Positions 13,774 to 24,670 of a stretch of 64,000 bases of DNA are shown in pieces (positions within the stretch are counted from its first letter, which is position 1; each line of letters begins with the position of its first letter). The position numbers were made by a program, and so were the translations under genes. The DNA lies in NCBI GenBank assembly GCA_002633005.1, contig NMRA01000219.1, positions 181,236-245,235 on the forward strand. The letters are read 5' to 3'. Source of the DNA: Phoronis australis. Taxonomy: Eukaryota; Animalia; Phoronida. Below the pieces are notes generated by a model that ran no database searches, was not told where the DNA came from, and saw only the letters and a program-made list of their open reading frames with translations.

Positions 13774-14760
13774 TCTACAAACAGCGTATTTGAACACATC
13801 TCAGAGTAAATGACATATGAAATTGGTGAGTATGTTAAAAAACACAGTACTGACAAGTATCATGCTCAAACTGTAATGTATGGTTTCAGTTTCATATTCA
13901 ACTGAATCACAATATTTTTGTGTGACTTGATTCTGAGGGAGAGGGAATGTGAATATGCCTTTTTCAAAATTTTTGGTAGATTTATGTCACTTTTTAACAT
14001 TTTAGTAAAAATTTGGAATGTCAATATAGATTATGTAAGCGTAAAAATGGGATGAGAAATCACTGTTTTAGCATATTTAGTTTCAGACTTATAATTCTTT
14101 CCTGCACAATACAGACATGACCACAGTAGTAATTTACAGTGGTACCGGACTTTGACATTTAGATATCAGTAATTCAGTAAAGAAAATTGGTTACCCCTGA
14201 AAGTGACTATTACCGACACGACTACAATAAGTTGTGAAATCCAGACAACACGCTTTATCAAACTTTGTCTTAGACTTTTTCCACGTATACGTTCTTTGTG
14301 GCCAGGTATAAATATCGCCCAGCATTCGGAAGCCCAGCTACATCCCCCAGCCTAAAAGGACCTTACCATGTCAGATGTAATGGTGAGAACCTACCGTAAG
14401 TAGGACCAAAGTTCCTTTAAACTAGTCCTGAACTATTAGGTCGGTGAAAAACTAGGCTTTTGTCTAAAGGATACAGACAAAATCAATCCAGAAGTGCCAA
14501 AGCTTTTGCCATTCAGTGTAACTTTTAGATTACGCTGATCTCCATAAACTTACTTATCATAGTTATGCATCTCAGTACTTTTACCAACAAATAATTACGA
14601 TGGCAAATACAACCACGTAGCCTACGTCAAAATTCCATGTCCGTTTGCTTATGAAGCGGGTAAACCGTAAATGCAGATGCGATCTCAGGCAATATGCAAA
14701 ATAGTAACTTAAGTGCCAAGAAGTGGCGAGAACTCATTACAGCATCCATGTCGTACTTAC

Positions 14761-15017
14761 CATAGCATTCCTACACACAAGCAAAAGTAAGTATCTGACA
14801 TTCCCAAGACAATTGAGCAATTACAGCGGCCATATTGTTTACAGGATGACGTCAGATGATACTCTCGCCTCTAAAATAAATGATTTAGAACCTTTCTGTT
14901 GCAAATAAATATATTTTACCCACCTTTCTATCTAATATAAACAATTTAATTCAAATTACAGTGGCCTATTAGTCACTACAAAGATTAGTTTCGAAAACTT
15001 TATTGTCAGAATACAAA
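14761..15017. promoter_or_regulatory. Putative bidirectional promoter and 5' UTR exons between the HEAT-like gene and UBE2V
   Basis: Minus-strand donor ATG|GTAAGT at 14763-14755 and the UBE2V ATG at 15018 are about 255 bp apart. CRE palindrome TGACGTCA at 14847-14854; YY1-like GCGGCCATATT at 14826-14836. Confidence 0.65.
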
Positions 15018-18000
15018 ATGGCGCAAGGAAGTGGAAGCGGTGTTGGTATGCGATAAAAATTTGGTTTATCAGAGCCATTTTGTTACTTGTTCTTCAATTA
15101 AGTCTGCAGTTTGTGGCCGACAAAACTAGAGCTATGTTATTTTTATAGGCTTTGCCATTTTTCTCTAACGCTGTTGTCCCTGTCTTTCACTGACGGCTCA
15201 GCAGGTTCTTGGTTCGAGACCAGTCACCTGCAATTGCAAAGCAATTTTCATTATCAGCGAACCCCCATGAGACTGGGATGAGAAACCTACCTCACAATTT
15301 GTGTCGATAGTGATGTGGTTAGGATATAGGTGCATGACTTTCATGGGTAAACCGGCCAAACGCCCATGCACAGTCTTGTCACTGACACTGCATTGAAACA
15401 CAGTGTTCCATAGCCATAGCAGGCATAGGCATAGACGGTCAACAGTAAGCCAATATGGATAAAAAATTTCTAGGGTCCTACGTAACCTCAGTGACAAGAG
15501 TTTGATGGTTTAGTTAAATTGAGGCGTAATTTTCAGGTCATGGTTTTGCAGACAGGGCTGCGTAATTGTTCCCAACATGACGACATGGACCTACGCACAT
15601 GATTTTGGTATTGTTCGATGCCTTGCATTGTTATTATTCCAAAAAAATTCAAAAATGCCTCCTACCTCGTTTCCTTGGTATTTTATCTTCAAATTTCTGC
15701 TTGCACTGTTTCCCAGTAGTGATACCGCCATGTTGAATGGAAGGAGACATCTGGCGGTGTAGCGGCCAAAAACTAAACTTATCTATGGACACCCACATTC
15801 TGCACAGCATCGCTCTTCATAATTTAAAACTGACCGAGACCGGTCGACCTCAGTAGCGAGCTACGGTCCCAAGAGTTTGATTTCCTATGGTGACCCTGGT
15901 ACACATCCGCTATTAGGAATCTGCAACTGGAAAAGGGGGGTTGTTTTTGAGGTCCAAATTTGTGAAAATGTATCATTTCAGAGAATTTTGAGGAAATGGG
16001 CCAAATGATCACAATTTTAAAAATTTATGGAAAAGGGTGAAATGCTGCCCTTTGTTGCTCCATGTTATCTCAAGAAAACTTGAGGAGAAATCTCACGGGC
16101 AAACACCATTTAGAATCGATGATGCTGTTTCATTCATTAACAGGAGGTGTCGCTGTAATTACCCAGGGTTGTTCTACCATTCTTCTGGACACTCTTCGAG
16201 GCAGTAGCATATCATCTAGAAAAACGTTTGAGGCAGTACTATCATCTCTGCTGACCCCAGTAGAAAATTTTTAATTATCTTATGGGCACTCAATACATCG
16301 GAAGCTTTTCAACAAATTATTCCTCACAGTAATTGAACCATCAAAGTTGCGTTGCTGTAAGTACCTTTTTGCTCATATATAGGAAGGTGTTGATGTCTAA
16401 CTCTGTCCAGCTTGAACTAATACTCTCACAATCAATTTTTTTTTTCAAACAGTCCTTCGTTCAGTTGCCCATATCGACAACTCGCCATTTTTTACGTGTT
16501 TACTCTGCCGGCGTATAGGATGCTGGTGCAGTAATGTAAAAATGGAGAGTTGCTGATTTGGGCAACTGAACGAAAAACTACGAAAAAAGTTTTTTGATTG
16601 TATGAGTATTTGTTCAAGCAGGGAAGAGTTAAAAACATCTATGGCCTCCTAAAGTGTCTCTCTATATGCAAAAGGTACTTGTAGCAACATGACTTATGGT
16701 TTAGTCAGTGTTGGACATATTTCGACCAAAAGCTGGCAGTGTATGTAGGGCCTGGATAGGATGACCACATTCTCTACTTGGGCCAGTTGAGACGGTGGTA
16801 CTGTCTAGGAAAAAGTTTAACTTTGGTAGAGTTATTGAAAAGCCTTTCTCCCCTGGAGAAAATTGGTCGTTCCCGACAGGTTGATTTGGAAGCTTGACTA
16901 ATTTTTTATTCTGGGGATGGCACTGTCAAGTCCCAGCCAGGTGTCTACTCCAGATTTGTTTACCATTACGAGTTATCTCTACTTTTTCTGTTTCAGTGCT
17001 CCCTCGGAATTTCAAACTACTGGAGGAGCTTGAGGAAGGTCAAAAAGGTGGAGATGGGACTGTCAGCTGGGGTATAGTGGAGGACGATGATATGGATTTG
17101 ATTAAATGGACTGGCATGATCCTAGGACCCCCACGGGTAGGCATAATCACTGGTAACAGGCAGTGGTTTAAGAACTGTACATCGCTGTGTTATATTAAGT
17201 ACATATCAAGAACTGTAAGTCAATGTTTACTCTTAAAGAAGTAACAGTCCATACACCCTCAGTGATAATTATATCAAATCTTCCAATGTCTTTTACTTTG
17301 CTAGATTTTAGTTCTAAGACTTTCTTCATGATGTAAATTACTTGAACCTTTCGTGGACAGACATCATGAAGACTGTGTCTGGTATGTCAATTGTTTGCAC
17401 ATCCACCATGTGGCTAATAGTTAGTTTAGTTTCTGCATCAGCCACTAAGTTTGCGAAATTCCTTGAAAGATCTTCATAAAGGCTTTGTCAGGCAGATGCC
17501 AATCTTTGCTGACTAGCGCTCCCTATTGGTAATTATTATTTTTGGCACCGTGTTATCTGCCATAGCCTTGAAGTTGTCAACTAAATTTGGCATCTGCTTT
17601 CGTGTTCAGGGAAAAAAGCATCTGCCTATTTTCTATCGCAAATGTACTAACATTCTTAGATTGCTTTCTGAATTCTCTACTCAAGATGTGGCAACTTTAA
17701 GTGGTTTCTTTCGTGATATGTAAAGTTTGAGCTCTTCTGAAAGCTGTGCAACATTTGGGTGCATTTCAGCACTTTGCATTGCTTTTGTTTGTTCAAGGGT
17801 TTAGTAGTGTGCACTATGCTTGTCTGTGACGATATGTTATTGACATGTGAAATTAATACAAAGATCATTTGTTTATTTCTTTCACGCAAGCCTAATGTCT
17901 TTATGACTTATGTGTTAGTACAAACTATTCATCAAACCAACAATTAACATTCGTTGTTTTCTTCTCACTGACAAATATGGTAGGCACGTTGATGGTATTC

Positions 18001-21000
18001 CTGTCAATCAAAGTCACTAGTTCTGATAGAAATAAGAGGACAGATTCGTTATCCTATATATACCTAATAACTGTACAATGGCTGATGTGATTATACTCTG
18101 AGAGAGAGAGGGAGGGAGGGAAGAAGGGAGAGAGAGAGTATTAGGGAGGGAGGGACGGAGGGAAGGAAGGAGGAAGAAAGAGACAAAAGTCTGGATCGAA
18201 CTGGCACTGTTAACATGTCTTCACACAAAACTGCAGTGTTTGCACCACAGTCACTATCAGAAATGAAGTTCAAAGCAAGGATTCCTGTTTAGTCTTGCAA
18301 GAGTATTAAGAAAGTTCCAACCCAGTCTGAGTTGACAGTGGGTAGACAAAAAGTCTTTGGGTTAAACATAAAATAATTGTATGTCTGCTGTATTCCAGAC
18401 GACGTTTGAAAACAGAATATATAACCTTGAGTTGACCTGTGGAAATAGATATCCAAAGGAACCTCCTGTAGTGAAATTCACAACTAAAATCAAGATGAAT
18501 GGTATCGGCAGCACAGGAATGGTAAGTGTACCTTCACACAGTGAGTAGTAAGTTCACCTTCACACAGTGAGTGGTGGTAAGTGTACCTGCACACAGTCGG
18601 TGGTAAGTGTACCTGCACACAGTGAGTGGTAAGTGTACCTGCACACAGTGAGTGGTAAGTGTACCTGCACACAGTCGGTGGTAAGTGTACGTGCACACAG
18701 TGAGTGGTAAGTGTACCTGCACACAGTGAGTGGTAAGTGTACCTTCACACAGTGAGTGGTAAGTGTACCTTCACACCGTGAGTGGTAAGTGTACCTGCAC
18801 ACAGTGAGTGGTAAGTGTACCTGCACACAGTCCGTGGTAAGTGTACATGCACACAGTGAGTGGTGAGTGTACCTGCACACAGTGAGTGGTAAGTGTACCT
18901 GCACACAGTGAGTGGTACGTATACCTGCACACAGTCGGTGGTAAGTGTACCTGCACACAGTGAGTGGTGAGTGTACCTGCACACAGTGAGTGGTAAGTGT
19001 ACTTGCACACAGTGAGTGGTAAGTGTACCTGCACACAGTGAGTACAGTGAAACTTTGTCCATGTTAAGCAAAACTCCAAATTACGCCTGTCTGTGTAAAC
19101 ATAGCTGTGTCATGCTCATAACCAGTAGTTGACTTTTGTCTGTTTTCTTAAGTTGTATTAAAATCAGGACTTTTCCTCTTTGAAGAGGATTTCTTCTTTT
19201 TTTTAGTTTTGTTTTCCTCTTATTTGATATTCAGTTCCCTCTTTTTATCATTGTTTTGACTTAATTCATACCAAAACGTTCATTTCAGTTGATTTTAAAA
19301 ACACAAAAAAATTTTTTCACACAAGCGATACATCACCAGGAAAATTTTCCCCTTTTTTGTCATTGGTCATTCCAAGCCCTGATTATAGAAAAGAGTTGGC
19401 ATGCCGTTGGCACATACATGTTTTATGGAATTTACGGATTATGTTGCGTACATGAATCAGGTTTCCTTAAGGTTTTTTCTTAGTTGTATTAGTTTGTTCA
19501 CTCGCCCGTTTTCTATAAGCTTCCTACAGTTGCTTCCTGATTTGAAAGTGAAAAAGTATTTCTGGTAAAACCTGCTTGACCATAATGCAGCTTTATTTCT
19601 GGAAGCACTTGTTAGTCCCATAACCGCATCATTCATCAAAAACAATTACTTTGACCATAGACTTTAAATATCATCCCATGCTATTGCATGCTACATCATA
19701 GATGGTCAACAACATTGGCTGAGATGTACGCGTTGTTCATCGGTGCCAATGGATATTACTGGTTTCCTAACCCATGTTTGACTGAATCACTTTATTTTGA
19801 GTAAATGAATAAACAAATACCAAGGTAGTTAAGCATTGTGGATTTTATTTAGAAGATGTCGCTCTCTATGCTTGTTATTTACACCCTATCATTACCATTC
19901 TCCTTTTGGGTACTGTTAATTGTGTTGTGTTATTTTTACTCTTTATGTCATTTTTACTCTTCAAGTTATATTGAGCTCTGTTTAAGGCGAATGTCAAATT
20001 TTTGTTTCAGTTTTACAATCCTCACACAAGCAAATCAATTTAATTGTCTTTTTGGTTTCTATGGTTACAGTGTGGTCTGAATGCAGCTCAAATGTCTATT
20101 ATTATTTTTCTCTTAACAAACCTCCTCGTTCTTGTTTTATCTTACTTTGACATTGCGTATTTTGACTTGCTGAAGCCACGCCCATTATAACGTTTTAATA
20201 GCAAAATTCTTTTTTAAAAGTTTTGTCAAAAGTATCAAGGACATCACATAACTAGCATTTTGTTGCTGCATACATAATTTGAGACACATCAGATTTTGTT
20301 TATAAATTTCTAAAATAAATGTATGGTATCCCAAATTATGGAAGTGCTTTGATACAAGAGGAAACTATCGTCTGGAATCAAAAACTTTTGAGTTTGAGAC
20401 CTTTTCTCACAGCTTCCTGGTTTACAAATTGAAAACGAACTGAATTAAGTATTTTCTTTAAGTACTTTAATTTTCTTGAATGGACTTTTTTGAGTTGTTG
20501 CAATCATAAAGTGTTCCCTAATGGTTTCACAATCTAGCCACTTTTAGGAAGTATTCTCCACTGTAAAATTGTCCTAATTCACGTTTGTGTTTTAATGTGC
20601 ATGTCTACGCTCCAGGGGATTATGAATATAAAGCCTATGAATTCGTACAATACTGAATGTCATTGCAGGACACATAAGTTCAAGTTCATTCCATTGTTTT
20701 CAGGGCTTTGAATTTTCTTCTGTTAAGAGAATTTTCTTTTTTTGGTTCCATTTCTTCTTATTTGGTTTCTAGTTTCCTCTTTTTTCATCTCTTTTTATCA
20801 TTTTTATACTTTGCTCATGCAAAAATGTTTATTTCATTTAAATTTTACAACACAAAAAATATTTCTGTCACTCAAGCCTATATATTTGTGGAACGATAAA
20901 TCACCTGGAAAAATTTTCCTCTTTTTTGTCATTGGTCATTGCAAGCCCTGTGTTTGTCAAATTCGTTGTACAAGTAAGCCCAACTGGTCATGTTCAACTC

Positions 21001-21350
21001 CGAGCTTGTTACCTCTATGAGTGTGGAGGTTGACCAATGAAACAGCTGTCTTTGGAGAGTCATGTTGAGACTTGTTCATATTGAGACATGTTCATATTGA
21101 GACATGTTCATATTGAGACATGTTCATGTTGAGAGATGTTCATGTTGAGACATGTTCATATTGAGACATGTTCATATTGAGACATGTTCATATTGTTGTG
21201 TTATAGGTGGATAGAGATCAGTTCAAGACATTGAAGGCTTGGCAACCCAGCTTCTGTATGAAAGATGTGCTGGTGGACATTAGGACGTCAATGACACTTA
21301 AGAACAACTGTAAACTGTCGCAGCCGGGGGAAGGCGAACGATTCTCTTGA
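15018..21350 (+). CDS. UBE2V: Ubiquitin-conjugating enzyme E2 variant (UBE2V1/2, MMS2/UEV1 family), 144 aa, 4 exons
   Basis: Exons 15018-15045, 16997-17136, 18399-18521, 21207-21350, all GT-AG, total 435 nt. Translation [35 protein letters not shown]...[18 protein letters not shown]...[10 protein letters not shown]...[12 protein letters not shown] carries the UEV signature [16 protein letters not shown]. Confidence 0.95.
16284..16752. mobile_element. Foldback element or long-TIR MITE (arms about 200 bp) in UBE2V intron 1
   Basis: Left arm ttcgttcagttgcccatatc...ccatttttta pairs with right arm taaaaatgg...gatttgggcaactgaacgaa; aagtaccttttt/aaaaggtactt and gcttgaac/gttcaagc also pair; spacer about 40 nt near 16497-16535. 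Confidence 0.8.
18098..18183 (+). repeat. Purine-rich (GA/GGGA) low-complexity tract
   Basis: gagagagagaggagggagggaagaagggagagagagag... read directly. Confidence 0.85.
18522..19042 (+). repeat. Minisatellite, about 20 x 26 bp (GTAAGTGTACCTGCACACAGTGAGTG), starting at the UBE2V exon 3 donor
   Basis: Read directly; the first unit begins at the GT of the real donor (18522). Confidence 0.95.
19165..19381 (+). mobile_element. MITE family A copy
   Basis: caggactttt...gtcattggtcattccaagccctg, similar to 20701-20950. Confidence 0.7.
20701..20950 (+). mobile_element. MITE family A copy (CAGGGCTT...AAGCCCTG), hAT-like termini, possible 6-bp TSD
   Basis: 8-bp perfect TIR; flanks TGTTTT/TGTTTG; three copies in the window. 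Confidence 0.75.
21061..21195 (+). repeat. Minisatellite, about 8 x 16 bp (CATGTTCATATTGAGA), just upstream of the UBE2V exon 4 acceptor
   Basis: Read directly; ends about 10 nt before the AG at 21205-21206. Confidence 0.9.
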
Positions 21351-22126
21351 TACTGGTCACAGCGTAATCATTTACATAGACATTTTACTGCCAGCCTGTT
21401 TCTTGGACAGACCGCTCAATTACTGGCGGCCTGAGCATTGCATCGTGACTGTGCAGTGGACATTAGTGTACGAAAATATGCCTGTTTAAACAACTTTATG
21501 AAAAGACAATCTTACTGGATTGTTGCTACGGTCATTGTAGGCGATTTTTGTTTGTTCGTGACAGGTTGTCTTTGATAAAAATCTGATTAACTACAGTAAT
21601 ATGTATTTATGGACTATTTTATTTGAACTTCTCTCTGTACTTTCCGTGGTTCCACGTAGCCTTGTGATATAAGTTTTTTTAATTGGCTTCTCTTGCTCTC
21701 ATGTTATAATATTCTTTTCTTAAATAAGTCAAACTTGTCACAGTATGTAAAATTAATATACTTATGTATCCAATTCTGTGTAATTAATGTTTAACATTTA
21801 TTTCTCTTTGCTAATCGTCACTGTTACGCTTTTCTTAGTTCTGACAAAGCCTTCAACACAAAACTGCATCTTTTTCGTCACCTCTGATAAGCTGTTAGCC
21901 CCTTAAAACAGTTTGAGATTGAGACAATGTCATTAGCTAATGCTTGATAATGCAACTGCTCTGTCAAACCAAATATGGCATATAACATGGACTGCAAGCT
22001 AAAACATCAGTCAGAAGTGCAGAAGTGGAGATATCAAAGTTTATTATGATGTGAAACATAGAAAATCGCTTGAAACTAGAGAACAAATACCGGAAAATGA
22101 GTGATTATTGGCTGTCTTTCAAAATT

Positions 22127-23213
22127 TTATGTGCCCACAATATTATATACATACTTGTGGTGCGTGTTGTCGTCTTCTCTGTCTTGGCGTACTATGTCTG
22201 TTCCTATATCTCATTAATTCTTGCTGGATCTTCATGAAATTTGGTGGATGTGTTTCTATGAAGTTGTGAAATTAAGCGAGTGTTTTCCTATGAAAGTGGC
22301 AATGTATTTCAATGTCTAACGGATGGATCCAACTGCCGCTGTGCCCCCTAGTGGCAATTTTTTTTTCCGATACCTCTGTATCTTCAGAATTGCTGGACAT
22401 TTTTTTTGAAGTTTGTAAATAAGTTGATATTATATATTCCCATATTCAGATGGATTCATCCTTTTATGCGCCACCTAGTGGTCATTTTTATGCTTGAATC
22501 AGTTTTTGGTGTCCACTTCTCTATCTCCCAAATCGCTTCATGTGTCATGAAAATTAGGTGATGCGTTTCATCTTAAAAGACCACAGATGACATTAATTTT
22601 TGTATTGATCTGACCACTGAAGTGCCCCCTAGTGGCAAATAATTTTGAGGGTGTTTTTTGCATCCACAGCTGTATCTCCTTATTTCCGTGAAAGATCTTT
22701 GAGAAATTTCACCAGTGTTTTTCAATGCATGTGACAACAAACATCGGAAGACTTTCTGGGGGATCTGACTACCAATCTGCCCCCTAGTGGCAATTTTGAT
22801 TTGTTACATTTACCTCTTTATCTTCCGTCAGTTTTTTGACCAAATTTCATGAAATTTAGGAAGTTGTTTTTTGTTAAGGTGACGACAGCACTGTTCTATT
22901 TCCGATGATCAAAAGTATTCTCTGCCTGCTTAAAGGATCTTAAAGAAAATTTTTTTACCCATGTCCAAACTGACTGCACCACCTAGTGGCCATTTTTATT
23001 AAGTTTGAGTCTGTCTTTTATCATCTGCCTCTATATGTCAAATCACTTAAAGGATAATTATGGTGAAAGTTGCCAAATGTCTACCTTTTGACAAACACAA
23101 TTAATAGATTTTTGGACAGTTCCGAGTATTTTGGTACCCTACAGTGGCTCCAAGACGCATACTGCTTGTACAGATGTGGATGATTTCAATCAATGCTTTG
23201 CATTGCTCTTGTT
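22127..23213 (-). mobile_element. Helentron-associated (HINE/DINE-1/pearl-like) non-autonomous element with about 150-bp internal repeats, each carrying a CTCF-like motif
   Basis: Both termini match 32017-32858 in reverse (AACAAGAGCAA start; TGTGGGCACATAA hairpin end). Motifs GYGCC(C/A)CCTAGTGG at about 22341, 22468, 22622, 22777 and 22976, with a degenerate one near 23133. Confidence 0.7.
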
Positions 23214-23524
23214 ATTACAAATTAAATTCTGTAATAATGCGATGCACTATTCGCTGCATCAAAGTTATACATTTTGTCTTGCAGACTTAGCACGGATGAT
23301 TATTTACATTTTTACTCAAAAGATCAACACAAGTCTTATAAAATGTACAGATAATAGCATTAATCGAAAAACAACTGAACCATGATTTTGACAATCATAA
23401 ATAATATTAGTTATGATGCCTTTTCATAAAACAATAAAAAAATTATTAATACCAATTATTGCAATTAAATACATTTCATTTCAGTAATATACTCCACACT
23501 TCTTCCCTTAACTATACTTGCGAC

Positions 23525-24670
23525 TCAACAATTTCCACCCGATGTCCATGGATGCGGCTCCATTATATACTTCAGTGTGTACCATCCTTTTTCTTTAATC
23601 ACTGGATGATCTTCGAATATTTTTTCAACCGTTTCCTTTTTAAGCAAACAAAACACGTGCAATGAACTCAACGACGAACAAGTTGCGGACAGTGTTAATA
23701 GTGCTTCATTCAGTTCTACGGACGATGTTGTCGAGACGATAAGTTTTTCCAAAGTTTCTGCATAGAATGTCGTAGCCTGGTTGATTTCATCATAAATTCT
23801 TGTAAAGGTTTCCAGACGCAGTGTTTTGCATGGTATGGAGGGCTTCATGATTTCACTCACTTTATGGAGGGGACAAGTGTGATCAAACCAGAGAGTGACC
23901 CTCAGACGGGGTAACTTAGCTCCAACCTTCAACCAAGTATCGTTACTGAGACTTGCGCGGTATTTTTCCTCGCGGCGGCAAAACAATGAAATATGTTCGA
24001 GGCAGCAGTATCCGTCTTCAATAAAAATCATCATTGCATCCTCAGAAATACTAGACTGAAAAAGTTGCAAATCTCTCAGCTTCTGACATTTTCGAACTAA
24101 ATGTAATATAGAGTTAGGACTCACTTTACTAACCAACATTTTATTCTGAATGTTCAGCCTTTCTAGTTGAGCATGATTTTCTGCTAATACTTCAATCAGT
24201 TTATCATCTAATCCTACATACAACCCACTTAAGTCTATGTCAATCAGTCCATGATACCCGTTTGGTGTATTCCTGGAAGAAAACAAACTGTATAAAACTG
24301 TCAAGAATTCCTGTCCCGCATAGAATAACGGATTTTCTCCTGTGAACTTTACCTTCAATCTTCGCAGTTTTGTGCTTTCTATTCTAGACAGTTTTGCCAA
24401 CACCGTACACGCATTTGTTCTATTGTCCTCCAGGGATTGGTCCAATACAATGCAGACATTTTGAAGTGTCTGCCCATGTTGTTCCACACACACAATGTAT
24501 TTCTTATTTTCTGGAGTTTGAAATGAGAAATCAAACGATGTCCAAAGATAGGAGGACTTGAAAGACTCTGCCCATGACTTACACACTCGCCCAGCCTGGC
24601 AGCGGTCAGCCAGTGGGAGATAATTCAAGATGGATATCACAATATGATCAGGGAGATTAGCCCAATCCAT
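23525..24670 (-). CDS. FBXL8: F-box/LRR-repeat protein 8-like (FBXL3/8/21 group), 381 aa, single coding exon
   Basis: N-terminal F-box (WANLPDHIVISILNYLPLADRCQAGRVCKSW) then LRR-type repeats. TGENPLFYAG...IDLSGL...LDDKLI...LERLNIQN..LVSKVSPNSILHLVRKCQKLRDL resembles FBXL8 as I recall it. Acceptor at 24673-24674 lies 2 nt before the ATG; candidate upstream non-coding exon donor at 26039-26038. Confidence 0.88.
   Translation of the reverse strand: MDWANLPDHIVISILNYLPLADRCQAGRVCKSWAESFKSSYLWTSFDFSFQTPENKKYIVCVEQHGQTLQNVCIVLDQSLEDNRTNACTVLAKLSRIESTKLRRLKVKFTGENPLFYAGQEFLTVLYSLFSSRNTPNGYHGLIDIDLSGLYVGLDDKLIEVLAENHAQLERLNIQNKMLVSKVSPNSILHLVRKCQKLRDLQLFQSSISEDAMMIFIEDGYCCLEHISLFCRREEKYRASLSNDTWLKVGAKLPRLRVTLWFDHTCPLHKVSEIMKPSIPCKTLRLETFTRIYDEINQATTFYAETLEKLIVSTTSSVELNEALLTLSATCSSLSSLHVFCLLKKETVEKIFEDHPVIKEKGWYTLKYIMEPHPWTSGGNC

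Noticed and set aside
18490-19079. Cys/His-rich repetitive ORFs, or a CRISPR-like array
   Set aside because: They are translations of the 26-bp minisatellite; units are contiguous with no unique spacers, and the context is a eukaryotic intron.
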